Source: Enoplolaimus lenunculus (taxonomy: Eukaryota). From it: a DNA stretch of 64,000 bases. The notes beneath the pieces are model-generated. The model did not search any database, was not told the origin of the DNA, and saw only the letters and a program-made list of their open reading frames with translations. The position numbers were made by a program, and so were the translations under genes. Positions 52,983 through 64,000 of the stretch are shown here, one piece after another. Within the stretch, counting starts at the first letter, position 1, and each line of letters starts with the position of its first letter. Where the stretch lies: NCBI GenBank assembly GCA_030248215.1, contig JASANG010003752.1, positions 434,001-498,000 of the forward strand, given 5' to 3'.

Positions 52983-53210
52983 TTGGCATAACGAAGGTAA
53001 CATTTGGCATAGAAAAATGCATAGTTATAAATTTTGGGATTTGTAATACAAAATACCAAAACCAACTCAACAATACGAGATTGAAAAGTGTGCATTTAGT
53101 TAAGGACATAGAAGTTGGTTTTCATTCTTCAGTTAGATTTTCTGCTCATTGCGATATGATTGTGAACAAACCCAACAGAAAAATTAATTCAACGTTCAAA
53201 TGTTTTTAGA
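52983..53210 (+). mobile_element. Fragment of a non-LTR retrotransposon (CR1/L2/Jockey-type) ORF2
   Basis: The translation ..FGIEKCIVINFG..QLNNTRLKSVHLVKDIEVGFHSSVRFSAHCDMIVNKPNR..FKCF follows the FN..KC.V.HFG...KDLGV..S.L.FS.HC..IV.KA.R pattern found at the end of the RT domain. Confidence 0.75.
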
Positions 53211-53924
53211 CATAAACTGTGATTCGTAAATATCCTTTTTGAACAGTTTTAGATCACGTGGGTTTAACCTTAGCTTGAAAAGGCCTGTCGCATGTACCTC
53301 GTTAGCCCAAGTTTTTTCGAGTTGTTTCGTAGTAAAATTCGCGTCCGGAATCTCTTCTTACAGCACCGAACACACAAGCGATTTCGAAAATGTTACCTAC
53401 GCAAATTTTTGAAGCACTACAGTACCGACATATAGAACATATTTTACTGTGAATTAGGTGTGGCGAGCCGTTTTTGTGCTGAATATTAGTGAAGCCTTAT
53501 CGCTTGTTATACGCATTCATACTTATATACGTATGCAAATTTTGTGAATAATTTTTGTCTTTGACTTAATCACCACAATTCCAATATTATAGTAATTCGT
53601 ACAGCAGGCGCGTGTAAGCATGCGGGACATGCTTGTCCTGGTGCATATGCAATCAGCATCGTATAGTATGCTAGCTGGCAGCATACGGTCGACATATAGT
53701 CGATGATATGAGGTAAACCACCCTTGACCCGCTTTTCCAGCTGCTTAGTAAAGACGTCTGAAGTCCCGGTTCAAAGGACGACCTTGTTGAAAATCCGGGC
53801 ATGGAAGCATGTGAGGCATGCTTGTCCTGGTGCAAATGCAATATATGCAATGCACATTGTATAGTATGCTAGCCGGTAGGACACGGTCGAAATATAGTCG
53901 ATAATAAAAGGTAGTTGGAGAGAC

Positions 53925-53975
53925 GGGCTGCGCGGCGCACAAGTAACAGCAATCTGCCTGACACGCAGAAGGCCG
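53925..53975 (+). pseudogene. tRNA-Val-like fragment (SINE head or pseudogene)
   Basis: Anticodon arm TCTGC-CTGACAC-GCAGA is followed by AGGCC, as in eukaryotic tRNA-Val. The D arm is degenerate and there is no contiguous T arm. Confidence 0.5.
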
Positions 53976-54044
53976 AGCTGTTTAGTTAAAATGTATGAAG
54001 TCCCGGTTCCTACCTAGACTGACAGCGCACAATTCCGATTTCTG

Positions 54045-54106
54045 TTTTGGCAGGTGTGGTTTACGAATTCCCAATCGAACGCTCTACCACCGAGCCACGC
54101 ACGTCC
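54045..54106 (-). mobile_element. tRNA-derived (SINE-like) head fragment
   Basis: The minus strand GACGTGCGTGGCTCGGTGGTAGAGCGTTCG contains a Pol III A-box; there is no complete cloverleaf. Confidence 0.4.
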
Positions 54107-55170
54107 TCTCCCTCTAATTGTTTTCATCGTCAACTATGTCCATGCGTAAGCCACCGAACAGTAGGTATATAAACAGCGAAATGCAGTTAGATACTTACCA
54201 CGTGCACACGAAGCGCAAGCACATTCGGTACGCGAACTGTGGTTTATTGTAAAAATTTCTTTTTGTCTCTAGGACCGTGCCGCGATATCTGCTTTGGTAG
54301 ACATTAACAATCATCGCGCTGTGATGTGAGTTTCGAATTCTAATTTACCGAATTTTGTCTATGTATGTCAAATTAACTTACAACACTGATTTAAGCGACA
54401 AATAACGCGTTTTGTTCGAGTTCAGTAATTTCTTCTGATGTAATTTTTATTTAATAAACAAACGCTGACTACTCGAAATTCAGATTGCAACTCCAGATTC
54501 TTTGATTAAAATTACTGGCTAAGTAAATTTCAGACAGAACCACAGTAAACCCAGCCGTTCAATAACAGAAGTCTGTAAGGAAAATAAGCCTAAAATTAAA
54601 CCTAAGCTTAGGCCAAAAAATTTAGCAGTATGGTGCATCCGCTACAATTATACTGCGGTAAAGCGGGATCACCCTGACGCGATACTGTGCACAGAAGGCT
54701 ATCATTCAGTGATGAAATTAAACACATTCATTAGTTTTTTAACTGAACAAACAAAAGGAAAACCTAAGCAATACAAGTTTAACGCACGCCGAATATTCAC
54801 AATTGAAAAATGTCCTGATATGGGCCAGGTGCATGGATATCGCATTTTTGTGTATTTCGCTCCTGCTCGATTTGGAAATTCACAGGTTAATTTTTCGCTT
54901 GGTTCGATTGGGAAATTCATACATGTTGCTTTTTCTACATTTCGGTTGGAGATTCGGCATTTTATTTTTTCTGGTTTCACAAATGCTGATTAAAATTTAC
55001 TCACCACTCGGCAGTTTTCAGCAGAAGTATGTAGTTAGTTCTGAAATTCTGAAAATTTTTACGTGTAGTGTACGATTGTGCAAAATTTTCACCCTTATCG
55101 AACGAATTCTGCTGTAATACGTATAAAGAATATTTCTGGTGATAAGATTTTACAAACTCATACCTTAAAC

Positions 55171-56960
55171 TTAACCACTCGTGGAGCTATTGTGTCAATC
55201 CGCATGGCATATAAAACAGTATGTTTGATTTAGAATTTGAGTTTTCGTTTTTAGTCTTTAACACACTTGTGAATTAAATTTCAGCTCAGACCGAATTCCT
55301 CATTTATGGTGGTGCATATTTGCACTAGTTGGAACTCCACACAAATTAAATAAAAATTTGAAATAACAAATAAAATACCAGACGAAATTCGTATGAAAAC
55401 AGTTAGTTTTGATGCAGAAACAGTTTTAGTTTGAACAAACTACGGGTTTAATGCGAAATATGGTTTAAATTTGTCGCAATAATTATACCTTATAGTCAAT
55501 TTTGACGCGACGTGTTACATGCGCGTTTAATATTTTTCCATTCGCACATTTTAAACTACTTGGCAGTAGATATTATGATTATAAAACATCGGCAACTCTA
55601 GAAAAATAGATAGTATACAAAATACCAGTTTAGAGCGTAACGTTAACAAACAAATCAAATCTTCAATTATTTTTCATATGGAACTCGTAAAACAATTATT
55701 AATCTTATCGCAGCACAGAGCAACACAACACTTATTATGACAAATAGCTAATGACAGCAGTTTACAACCCGGAGTTTTGCAACGTAATCGGGTATCGCTA
55801 AGCTTTGGAAAGTGGCTGTAGCCGTCGAAACGAACTTCTTAATGCGGAAATGGCTAAAAGGCGCGCCGCTGCGGAACGGTAGTTTCTTCGTCAACGCTAT
55901 ACGACGGCGATGAATTTAGTTTGATCCGTTTTCTTACTTCACTCAGTTGTGGACCGATCTCTCACTTTGGCAGGCAGAGAGTCACGAATCGCTTGAAAAT
56001 GTTTTCTATATACATTCCAAGCGTATACAACTGCAACACCAAGAGCCCAGCAAGCAATTTGGATATACCACCATATGCTCTTGTGCTCCAAAACGGTAAT
56101 CCGCTTGAAGCATGTCATGTAACTCCACCACTCCCGTGTGTTTATTGTAGGCGTTCATCACAGCTGGCAGTGAACATCGACCCTTTTTTCCTTGGTATCG
56201 CAGCGTGAAATCCTTCTCAGCGGTTTAATGTACACGTATGATGATGCAAACCGGGCATGACGATTGTCAAGCCAATAAACTAGTCCAATTTCAAAATTAG
56301 CATCTATATGTTAATTATAACTATACCGTCCTAGAGCACTAAGTTGAGCTTCCGTCACAGTTTCTGCGCAACATTTTATCGTGTTTCCTCGAATAGCTCC
56401 CAAACACCCAATACCCCGATTCCTCAACTCAAGTATAATGTCCAACGACGTAAATAATTTGCGCCATAAACTATAAACCTTTGGCTTGCGGCAGTGTTTG
56501 GCACAGCTTTAGGACAATGTTACCCCTCGCACCCAATCCGGACACTGAATATCCGTTCTTTGTTTGCCGATTTACAGAAAAAATCCAACAACATACCATC
56601 GGTCTCACAGCGTGAGTACTTTATACAGAAACATTTCGTGGGCTTTGCCGGAGAATATGGCTTGAATTTGTGACGGCCGTTGAAAGGAATCACTTGCTCA
56701 TCCACACTGTGGTATTCTGATGGAACCAGCGCGAGGCAACCTTGACGTAAAGGATCGATGACTGGTAGAATTTTGAACAGATCGTACGCATTTTCTGAGT
56801 TTGCAGCAGGAATTTGTGCATTGTCATTGAAATGTAGGAACCGCTTAGTTTCCTCGAAGCGGTTTCTTGCATGGCAGCGACCATTGGGCCGAACCGCATA
56901 GATTTTTCCCAACGCATCCAATAAGGAACCGTCCACTTTAATTTGCGCCCGTGCTGTGGA
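55171..56960 (-). mobile_element. Degenerate piggyBac (PGBD-type) transposon
   Basis: RNRFEETKRFLHFNDN..FKILPVID..SVDEQVIPFNGRH..Y.PAKPTK is the piggyBac DDD core. A frameshifted/mutated YG(A)N.FTSL motif lies near 56450-56470. RFDGYSHFP and a C-terminal Cys-rich domain RCKTPGC..ICHNKCCVALCC..NNCF lie at ~55676-55833. TTAACC at 55171 is a possible terminus. Confidence 0.88.
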
Positions 56961-59163
56961 AATAAAAATCGTCAATTCACGAGTAGTAAATTGGACTTCT
57001 AGAATTGTGATGTCAAGTGGGAATTTGATTTTAAATTTTTCATAATTTAACTTCGATTTTCCTTTCAACTTAAATTTGTAATTTCCATAGTGAAAGAAAC
57101 ATTCTAAACACAAATTCCCACATGACATCAGTTTTAATACGTTGAATTGCAAATTGACCTTTACTGTAATATTAAAAATTGGAAATTGGTTATAACTCTA
57201 AATAAAATAAAAGAAAATGAAAAGTTTAGAGTGTAGACCAGTATTTGACCCCTATTCTAAAACTGTACATTTTCGTAACTTTGGATACGTTCCTTCAACA
57301 CTTGAAGAAATAGATATAAAATATTATTGAATGAAAGTATAAAAGCGATAACATCTTGATAAACATCATTCTTTGATTGTCATGCGGCAGTGTATACAGG
57401 GAATGATTGGAATGAGCGGCTCTGAAACGTACCAAGGACCTGTATAAACGACTTATCGTGGCCTTATTAATTGTAAACAAACAGACGGGTTTAAAACCGT
57501 TTCCTATTTGATGATTCAAAGTTTTAAAACAAACTTACATGTAGGGTGAAAGAGAATTGGCACAAGCCTATTTTAGAGACTTTTTCTTGCGCTGATGCTT
57601 TAGAGTTAGTGCTTTCGTTGAATGATTAGGATTTTTCTCGCGTTGATGGTTTTACGCTTAATGCGTTCATTGAATATTGCGCCCCTAGCAGTCATTGAAT
57701 GCATGCTCAATCATGCGAAATCTTTATTTAACGTTTAATCAAGAAGTTGACCTCTCAACATGAATTTTGATGCAGTTGCATCGACGTAATTAATAAAGAA
57801 GTTGACCTCTCAACTTGAATTTTCACCGGGGGCACGAATAATTTTGGGGCGTCCTAAAATTGTATTTCAAGACTGTTTACATGTTTCGAAACAATATAAC
57901 TCTGCCTCTATGACTTCAACTGTCTAGCAGCGCCCAGTGGTATTGACGAAAAATAACATTAAGCGGTCGCTTTTTCTACAAGCAAAATATTAACCGCGAA
58001 AGTAAAAATAAAAGCTTGGTTTCCGCGTACTTGTATTCCAGTCTTATTCACTAACGGCTGTCTAATTCAGTTCAGCATTTCGTAAAATCAATTTTCTGAT
58101 TAACCATGATTTTTTACAGAACAAGACGGTGTATGAATTTAACTTTTAATGAAACTGATGCTTTACTTTGATTCTACACTGCTGCGTTTTCTTGCATGTG
58201 TGATACTAAAAACCTATGGTTTTACAAATGATAGATACTTACCACACTCCGCTATAAAGTTAGGATCTTGCGTTGGTGAGGACATTAAATAAGTTTCGTT
58301 ACTATGTGGCAATAATGTTGGATCCATCAGTAAACAATGTCGAGTTTACAAAGGTAATAACTGCTAAACCTATCTATATATAACTAATTTTCTATTCATA
58401 AGCCAAGATAAAAACCGGAGAAGCCACTGAAATTATTACTTCTCAAAATACAGCCAGAGCCAGTGATGGATCGAAACTTTTCTAACAGAGGGTGGCTACC
58501 AAAATTTAGGAAACAATTTTTACAGTATGCTATACATATTTGCCAGTTTGGTGATGGAGAAAATTGCAGGCATCTAATAATTTTATCACAAAAAATTTTC
58601 TGACGGGGAGAGTGACATACGACCGTACCAGGTGTAAAGTCAACAATCTAGCAAGTTATTACAAAAAATGCCTCGTACTAATTGACCTGGGCCTGAGGGC
58701 GGCACTACACTAATTGCTGTTTAGCACCGTGATTCGCGTACGATACCGTACGGCGACGCCGAGACAACCGGCGACAGACAGCCCTGGTTGGTGATGGATG
58801 GCACCGAACGTGAATCAAAAGTATAGCGCCATAGTAAGTCTAAACATAAAATAAAGCCTACAGTAGCTTAACACAACTTTCACGATAACCAATTGTGCAA
58901 ATGACTAGTGAACTGAACTGTAACAGCATTCGAATTGACGTTTCCAAGGTAATTTGCATAGAGGAAAGGATCTGCAAGCATTTGCATATTTAAATTTTAT
59001 AAATCTAGTGAAAACAGGTTTCTGTTCCAGTAGCCCGCAACTACAGCCCCGATATCAATAATGAAAAATCCCAGTTGTGCATGAAATTTGTGAAAGCACG
59101 ACAGAACCAGATTCTACAATTACCGATACAGCATCAACAATAACAATGAAGACATAACAATCT

Positions 59164-60124
59164 ACAAGTTGTTAAAGTGCCCCTAGTTGGGCCATGCAAG
59201 GTAATATGTTTTGGTACTCATTTATTTAATGTCGAAGCATGTAAAGTTTTGAAACAAGGATTATTAATTTTGCCTTGAGAAAATCATGCCGGTTATTTTT
59301 GCGCTCACTGAACCACCTACTTTTGCAGCATGGCAGTTTTCAGTCCAAAAAAGTTAAATTGTGGTTTGTGATCATTTGTACAAGTGCGATGCAGTACACA
59401 AACATATTCGCAAGGCTTTATTATGCAGACTATGTTCTTGTCAATCAGATATATTCATAACAGTCAAAAGTAATCCTAAGCTAACTTAAAAATTTTACCT
59501 GGTGCTTAGCCGTAGTAGCTGTAGTTTTCCATTGAAGTTCAAACATGTCGATATTAATCAGTTATGTTAATACTAATTTTTAAATAAAACTTACCCTTGC
59601 AAAGTATTTCGACCAAGAAAATTGATCAGTTAGCAAATCAAAACAATAGAAAATCATACTTAACACACGGCTTTGACTATTAGGTACAGACTTATATTGA
59701 TGTAGCATGCAAAATGAGGAAAAATAGACATTAGATCGAGTATATATTGAAATTGCAGCAGTATAGCGTCAAGTATTTGTAACTTAAAGGTGCTATTGAG
59801 CAGTTATTTCGTTGCATATACATTATGCGCCGTCAATAAGAACAATATCATTCGAATTTGGGTAATAACTAAACTTGCGAATATGTTTGTGTACTGCATC
59901 GCACTTGTACAAATGATCACAAACCACAATTTAATTTTTTTGAGCTGAAAACTGCCATGCTGCAAAAGTAGGCGGTTCAGTGAGCGCAAAAACAACCGGC
60001 ATGATTTTCTCAAGGCAAAATTAATAATCCTTGTTTCAAAACTTTACATGCTTCGACATTAAATAAATGAGTACCAAAACATATTACCTTGCATGGCCCA
60101 ACTAGGGGCACTTTAACAACTTGT
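59164..60124. mobile_element. Young foldback element: 251-bp near-identical inverted arms around a ~460-bp spacer
   Basis: 59164-59414 is the reverse complement of 59874-60124 with about 5 mismatches. This explains the mirror ORFs 59275+ and 60013-. Confidence 0.9.
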
Positions 60125-60941
60125 TTCTATACTTTACAAGAGTATATGTATAGATATATAAATATATATACACACGCACTTATATATATATACACAAGAT
60201 CCGTCCGCTGGTAAACTATAAATTGGAGCCCAAGTAAACTGGCCGTAGCGACTACAAAGCCGGTTCTCTGAACAACCGAAACAAATTCTAAAGCTTTTAC
60301 AAAGAAATGGGTTCGATATCGCAAACATCCAATCCTTGTTTCAAGTACACGTTTTTATTAAAATTGTAATTAACAAATATACTTTAAAAGGTTTAGCATT
60401 TACAATATGCTCAATAAATAAAAAGCGCAATATTTATTATATTACATTATTCGATATTTTGTCACATTTATGTTAGTTCAGCAGGAAAACCCAGTATAAA
60501 TATTTTACATATAATACAAGCATAATAAAAATAAGTTTGTTCATGCGACATAACTCAGTACTTATCCGAGTCTTGCAACCATTTAGTGAAAATATTATTT
60601 ATGAAACTACCTTTAATTTTGCTGAATTTCCATCTTTTAAAATTTGGGTTGCAATCGGCAATTTTAATTGCACGTAGTTGTTAGCGCTAACAATTTACTT
60701 AAGACTTAAATTATCGCCCACAGGTTCAGCGCCTGGGCACACCCCTGGCAGCTATAAATATGAGTCTAAATTTTGTGTTGGAGCAGTAAATGCCATTGAA
60801 TACTAAAAAACGACGGCGAAAACATAAACAGTATTCCAGAAAATACATAGCTTTCAAATGTACAGATTCTAGGTTCTGCTGGCATGTCACGTAAAGGATG
60901 GTGCTTGATCGTGATAGCTCGGCTGGAAACGTGGTTTATTT

Positions 60942-63433
60942 CTATATGGAAACCGCCAGTAGTCGATCACGTTCAGGCATGCAATATTGCACCAAACGTC
61001 GCATTAACTCACAAATCAGGCACGGTTCGCTAGGTACAAATTCTTCTTCGCTTGACAATGTGGCCAATCTTCTGAAACAAACAAGTAATGCGTTCCAAGA
61101 GCTAATTTAATTTATGTTAACTTGGAAGCAGTGAAATATCAGTGGCTTAACAACATAACATCCATCATCATTTGTTACTTTGCTTAGTAACCCGTGCAAA
61201 TTCAGAACAATATTTTGAATGTGCATGTTTCATACGCGGGTGTAATATTTTCAATAAAGGTGCGGTGCTCAACTGACAAGCGTGTCAAAACATTTTGTGT
61301 TTTAACTAGGAATGTGCCGATTAATCGATATTGTCATTTTTAATAGGTACCTTTCGTGAGCATCGGTATCGGCACTGCAAAAAGTTGCCGATTGTTTACT
61401 GAGACTTGTTGCACATAATAGTCAGTTGGAATTCTATTAGTTTGACTTCTTCGCGTATATCAGTATGGTGTTTCTGATCAGCGAAACTGTTAATCTCTCT
61501 TGCGTTTGTGTTTGAAAAAACAATTCAAATGAACCGTTCTCATATTAAAATTACAATTGTTAATGATGGTTAGGGGAAAGTCTTCGCATAGTAATGTAAT
61601 GTAATATATCCTTTCTATTCTTAAGCATGCTGTACTAAAGTTGGAATCAGCATCGACCTCGGTACCTGCAACGGTTCGACATCGGCATGTATTCAAATTA
61701 AGAAACTGCATTGGTACGGCAAAATTTTGTAATTGGCACATCCCTAGTTCTAACTTAGACATTTTTATTACATTTTTTAATTTTAGCCACTGCAATAGGG
61801 ATTACCTATGCAGACTAAGAAGGCCATAACAATTAGTGCCCGCAATTCGAATGCCACCATTTAGAGGGCCTTCGAAGATGAATTTATTTATTTTGTCGAA
61901 TTGTAAGTGCCCTAGACATAAATATAGCCTACAATTCGTAGTAAGCTTTCTTTTAACGGAAGTTATTTTGAAGTTTTTTGTATAATGTTAGTTTAACGTA
62001 ACTCAATCGGACCTGTGGCATGCATCTTCTTATATACGTTGTTAGAGGCCAAGACCAGCGTAAGTCCATACGAACCGCCGAAATCTGCTATATACGCGAT
62101 TTGCCTCAAGTATAATAAAACGCGGATAAGATTTTATAGGCATACATCTTTCTTTGTACCTAATAAGTAGGACTCAAGGAATTGGTGTGGAAACAGAGCT
62201 ATGACCAAAATAACACACAGACCTAATCCACAACGTAAGCCTAACAGCTGAAAGCGTACGTAATTATTGTGCCGTAAAATTGGAGATGAAATTAATTATA
62301 TCAGTGGATCTTCCGGTCGTCCCTACAGTGTTGAAAGCGCTGGCTAATATAGGTCTACTTCATCCGATGATAGTGAACATGATTACTGCGAACGTTTCCT
62401 CACATAGCTTCCGTAGTATATACATAAATACTTTAGTGTTTACAACAGTATATATCCCACCGTGTTTAACAATTGCAACACGTATACATAGTACTAAATC
62501 ACCACAAGACGTGACAGCCCCCTCGGGCTCGAGCGTCGAGCTCCTACAGCTGAGTGGTGATGGTATACGCCTCCCACTCCAATCACTGGAGTTCGAATCC
62601 TAGCATAAAAGTAGGTCTCAGGGGAAATAGAAAATATTCATGTGAGAAAGGGTTAATGTAACTTGCTATTTTGAACCCAACACTAGAAACACAAGAATAC
62701 CACCAGTTTCTATCAACATCCATTAATTTCACAAACAGAAAAAATTATTTAAATCCTGACTTAACTTGACCTGCCAAACGTAAGCAAAGTGTCGACTCAA
62801 GTTTAGTCAAAGTTAAGTCATGTCGCCGCAACCAGCCTATTGCATTTTAAAAATTGATGCCGCGTAGTTAGGCTGTCTTATTGTTGGTGTGTATGTTGCT
62901 AGCAAGCACACATTTACAGTGCACCGTGCCATGTATGATTTATACTGTCTCAATATTAGCAGCATTGTTTCTGCTGACACGATTGATATAAAAATTCTTC
63001 ATATGTATATATAAGGATGTATCGCATTGACTGTCTCTGGGACTCTTGTCCGTTATGAGCACATACAATATATTTCAGTGCGCTGTATGTATGCTAGCCA
63101 GCAGCATACGTTTCGGTATATGGTTGAGGAGAAAAATAGTTGCATAGGTGACACACGTGGCGCAGCGGTGGAGCAGTTGCCTAAAAATCGTTGGTTGCTA
63201 GCTCAAACACCTAACCGACTGGTAAACTGCCGAGCTATGAACACGGTTTTTAGTCGAAGATCCGATGAAAGGTACAACCTTACTTACCTACACAAACTAG
63301 AGTGACATGCCGTGAGTGCAATAAACATGCATTCAAAACAGAATAGACAGTTAAATGCCTCCAACCATGCGGCTTTGAATTCAGCATTCGGATTAGTCTT
63401 AGTAAAATGCAATACTTTTACTGCTTTGACTAG
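60942..63433 (-). CDS. Possible last two exons of an unrecognised gene
   Basis: Exon 63288-63433 (LVKAVKVLHF...AWLEAFNCLFCFECMF...HSSLC; donor AG|GTAAGT, phase 2) joins in frame to 60942-61071 (acceptor TTGTTTCAG; RLATLSSEEEFVPSEPCLICELMRRLVQYC...AVSI*). Confidence 0.4.
62546..62604 (+). mobile_element. tRNA-like (SINE-type) segment
   Basis: A-box-like AGCTGAGTGG and B-box-like GAGTTCGAATCCT at tRNA-like spacing. A similar head lies at ~63150-63215 (TGGCGCAGCGG). Confidence 0.4.
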
Positions 63434-63840
63434 CTATGTATATTCCAGATTTTTTATTCTGCCGGTTATCTAGCAGGATTTTAAACAATATTTAAACATC
63501 GTGTACAAGAAAACAAGCCCTTTATTTCTGAAGCAAATAATTCTAACCAACGGCGTAGCTTATACTTCAAATGAATTGACAATAACAACTCTTGAGGCTG
63601 CCTGGTCGTTAAGAGTACTCCGACGCCGTTAATCTGAACCAAAATGCAGAAAAAACTTGCACAAATTTTCTTAATCAATTAACTCTGACACCTTTCCACT
63701 ATAAGCAGCGATGTTCTCCAGCGCTTTGAGAAAAGTGAATGACTACTTGTTGCAGCATACAAAAAATGGAGTGTTTCTTTATTGATACTGGAGAAATATA
63801 GCTAGGTGCAAGAATCAAAAAACTTGGGTAAAACATATTA

Positions 63841-63898
63841 TAAGAGACACTACCGTGTCCTTATGATAATAAGAGACACTACCGTGTCCTTATGATAA
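63841..63898. repeat. 29-bp perfect tandem duplication
   Basis: taagagacactaccgtgtccttatgataa occurs twice, each copy with a GACAC-tacc-GTGTC hairpin. Confidence 0.85.
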
Positions 63899-64000
63899 CT
63901 ATGCTATTTTACTGAAGTTGAGCAATTTCCGCAGTTTTAACGTTTGCGAATCATGCACCAACACGTTACGGTGGCATTTTCCGCAAACTATCGTAACAGA

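Noticed and set aside
54191..54200. ATACTTACC as a U1 snRNA 5' end (also at ~58236)
   Set aside because: The match stops after 9 nt. It is simply the complement of a GGTAAGTAT splice-donor sequence.
55676..57152. Domesticated or active piggyBac transposase gene
   Set aside because: It has frameshifts and stops, the second catalytic Asp motif is mutated and the N-terminus is missing.
59275..60013. Two near-identical short ORFs (MRKSCRLFLRSLN...) as duplicated genes
   Set aside because: They are by-products of the inverted arms of the foldback element, start at TTG and have no coding features.

Overview
AT-rich eukaryotic (animal) genomic DNA with GT-AG introns. It is probably from a nematode or close relative; this is inferred from TTAGGC telomere-type repeats, short TTTCAG/TTTTAG acceptors and a TBP core resembling nematode TBP as I recall it. 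All recognisable host genes are on the minus strand. They are: (i) a 5-exon TATA-binding protein gene (33591-37594); (ii) an ~18-exon FANCJ/BRIP1/DOG-1-type Fe-S DEAH helicase (39060-52887), whose ~1,490-aa model continues past the big 41955-43832 ORF into small exons encoding a split CxxC...CxxC C-terminal domain; (iii) an unrecognised Ser/Asn-rich multi-exon gene (4594-9726, possibly joined to the 471-aa ORF at 16340-17755); and (iv) a possible 3' end of a fourth gene near 61-63 kb. The rest is densely filled with non-autonomous transposons: several hAT-type MITE families with 8-bp TSDs, a Tourist-like MITE, TA-flanked MITEs, a family of TTAGGC-carrying MITEs (one expanded into a ~139-bp tandem array) and two long-arm foldback elements. 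It also holds a decayed piggyBac, a LINE fragment and tRNA-derived fragments. No CRISPR array, rRNA or intact tRNA was found. Exon models were built by hand from splice signals and phase continuity and need RNA-seq confirmation.
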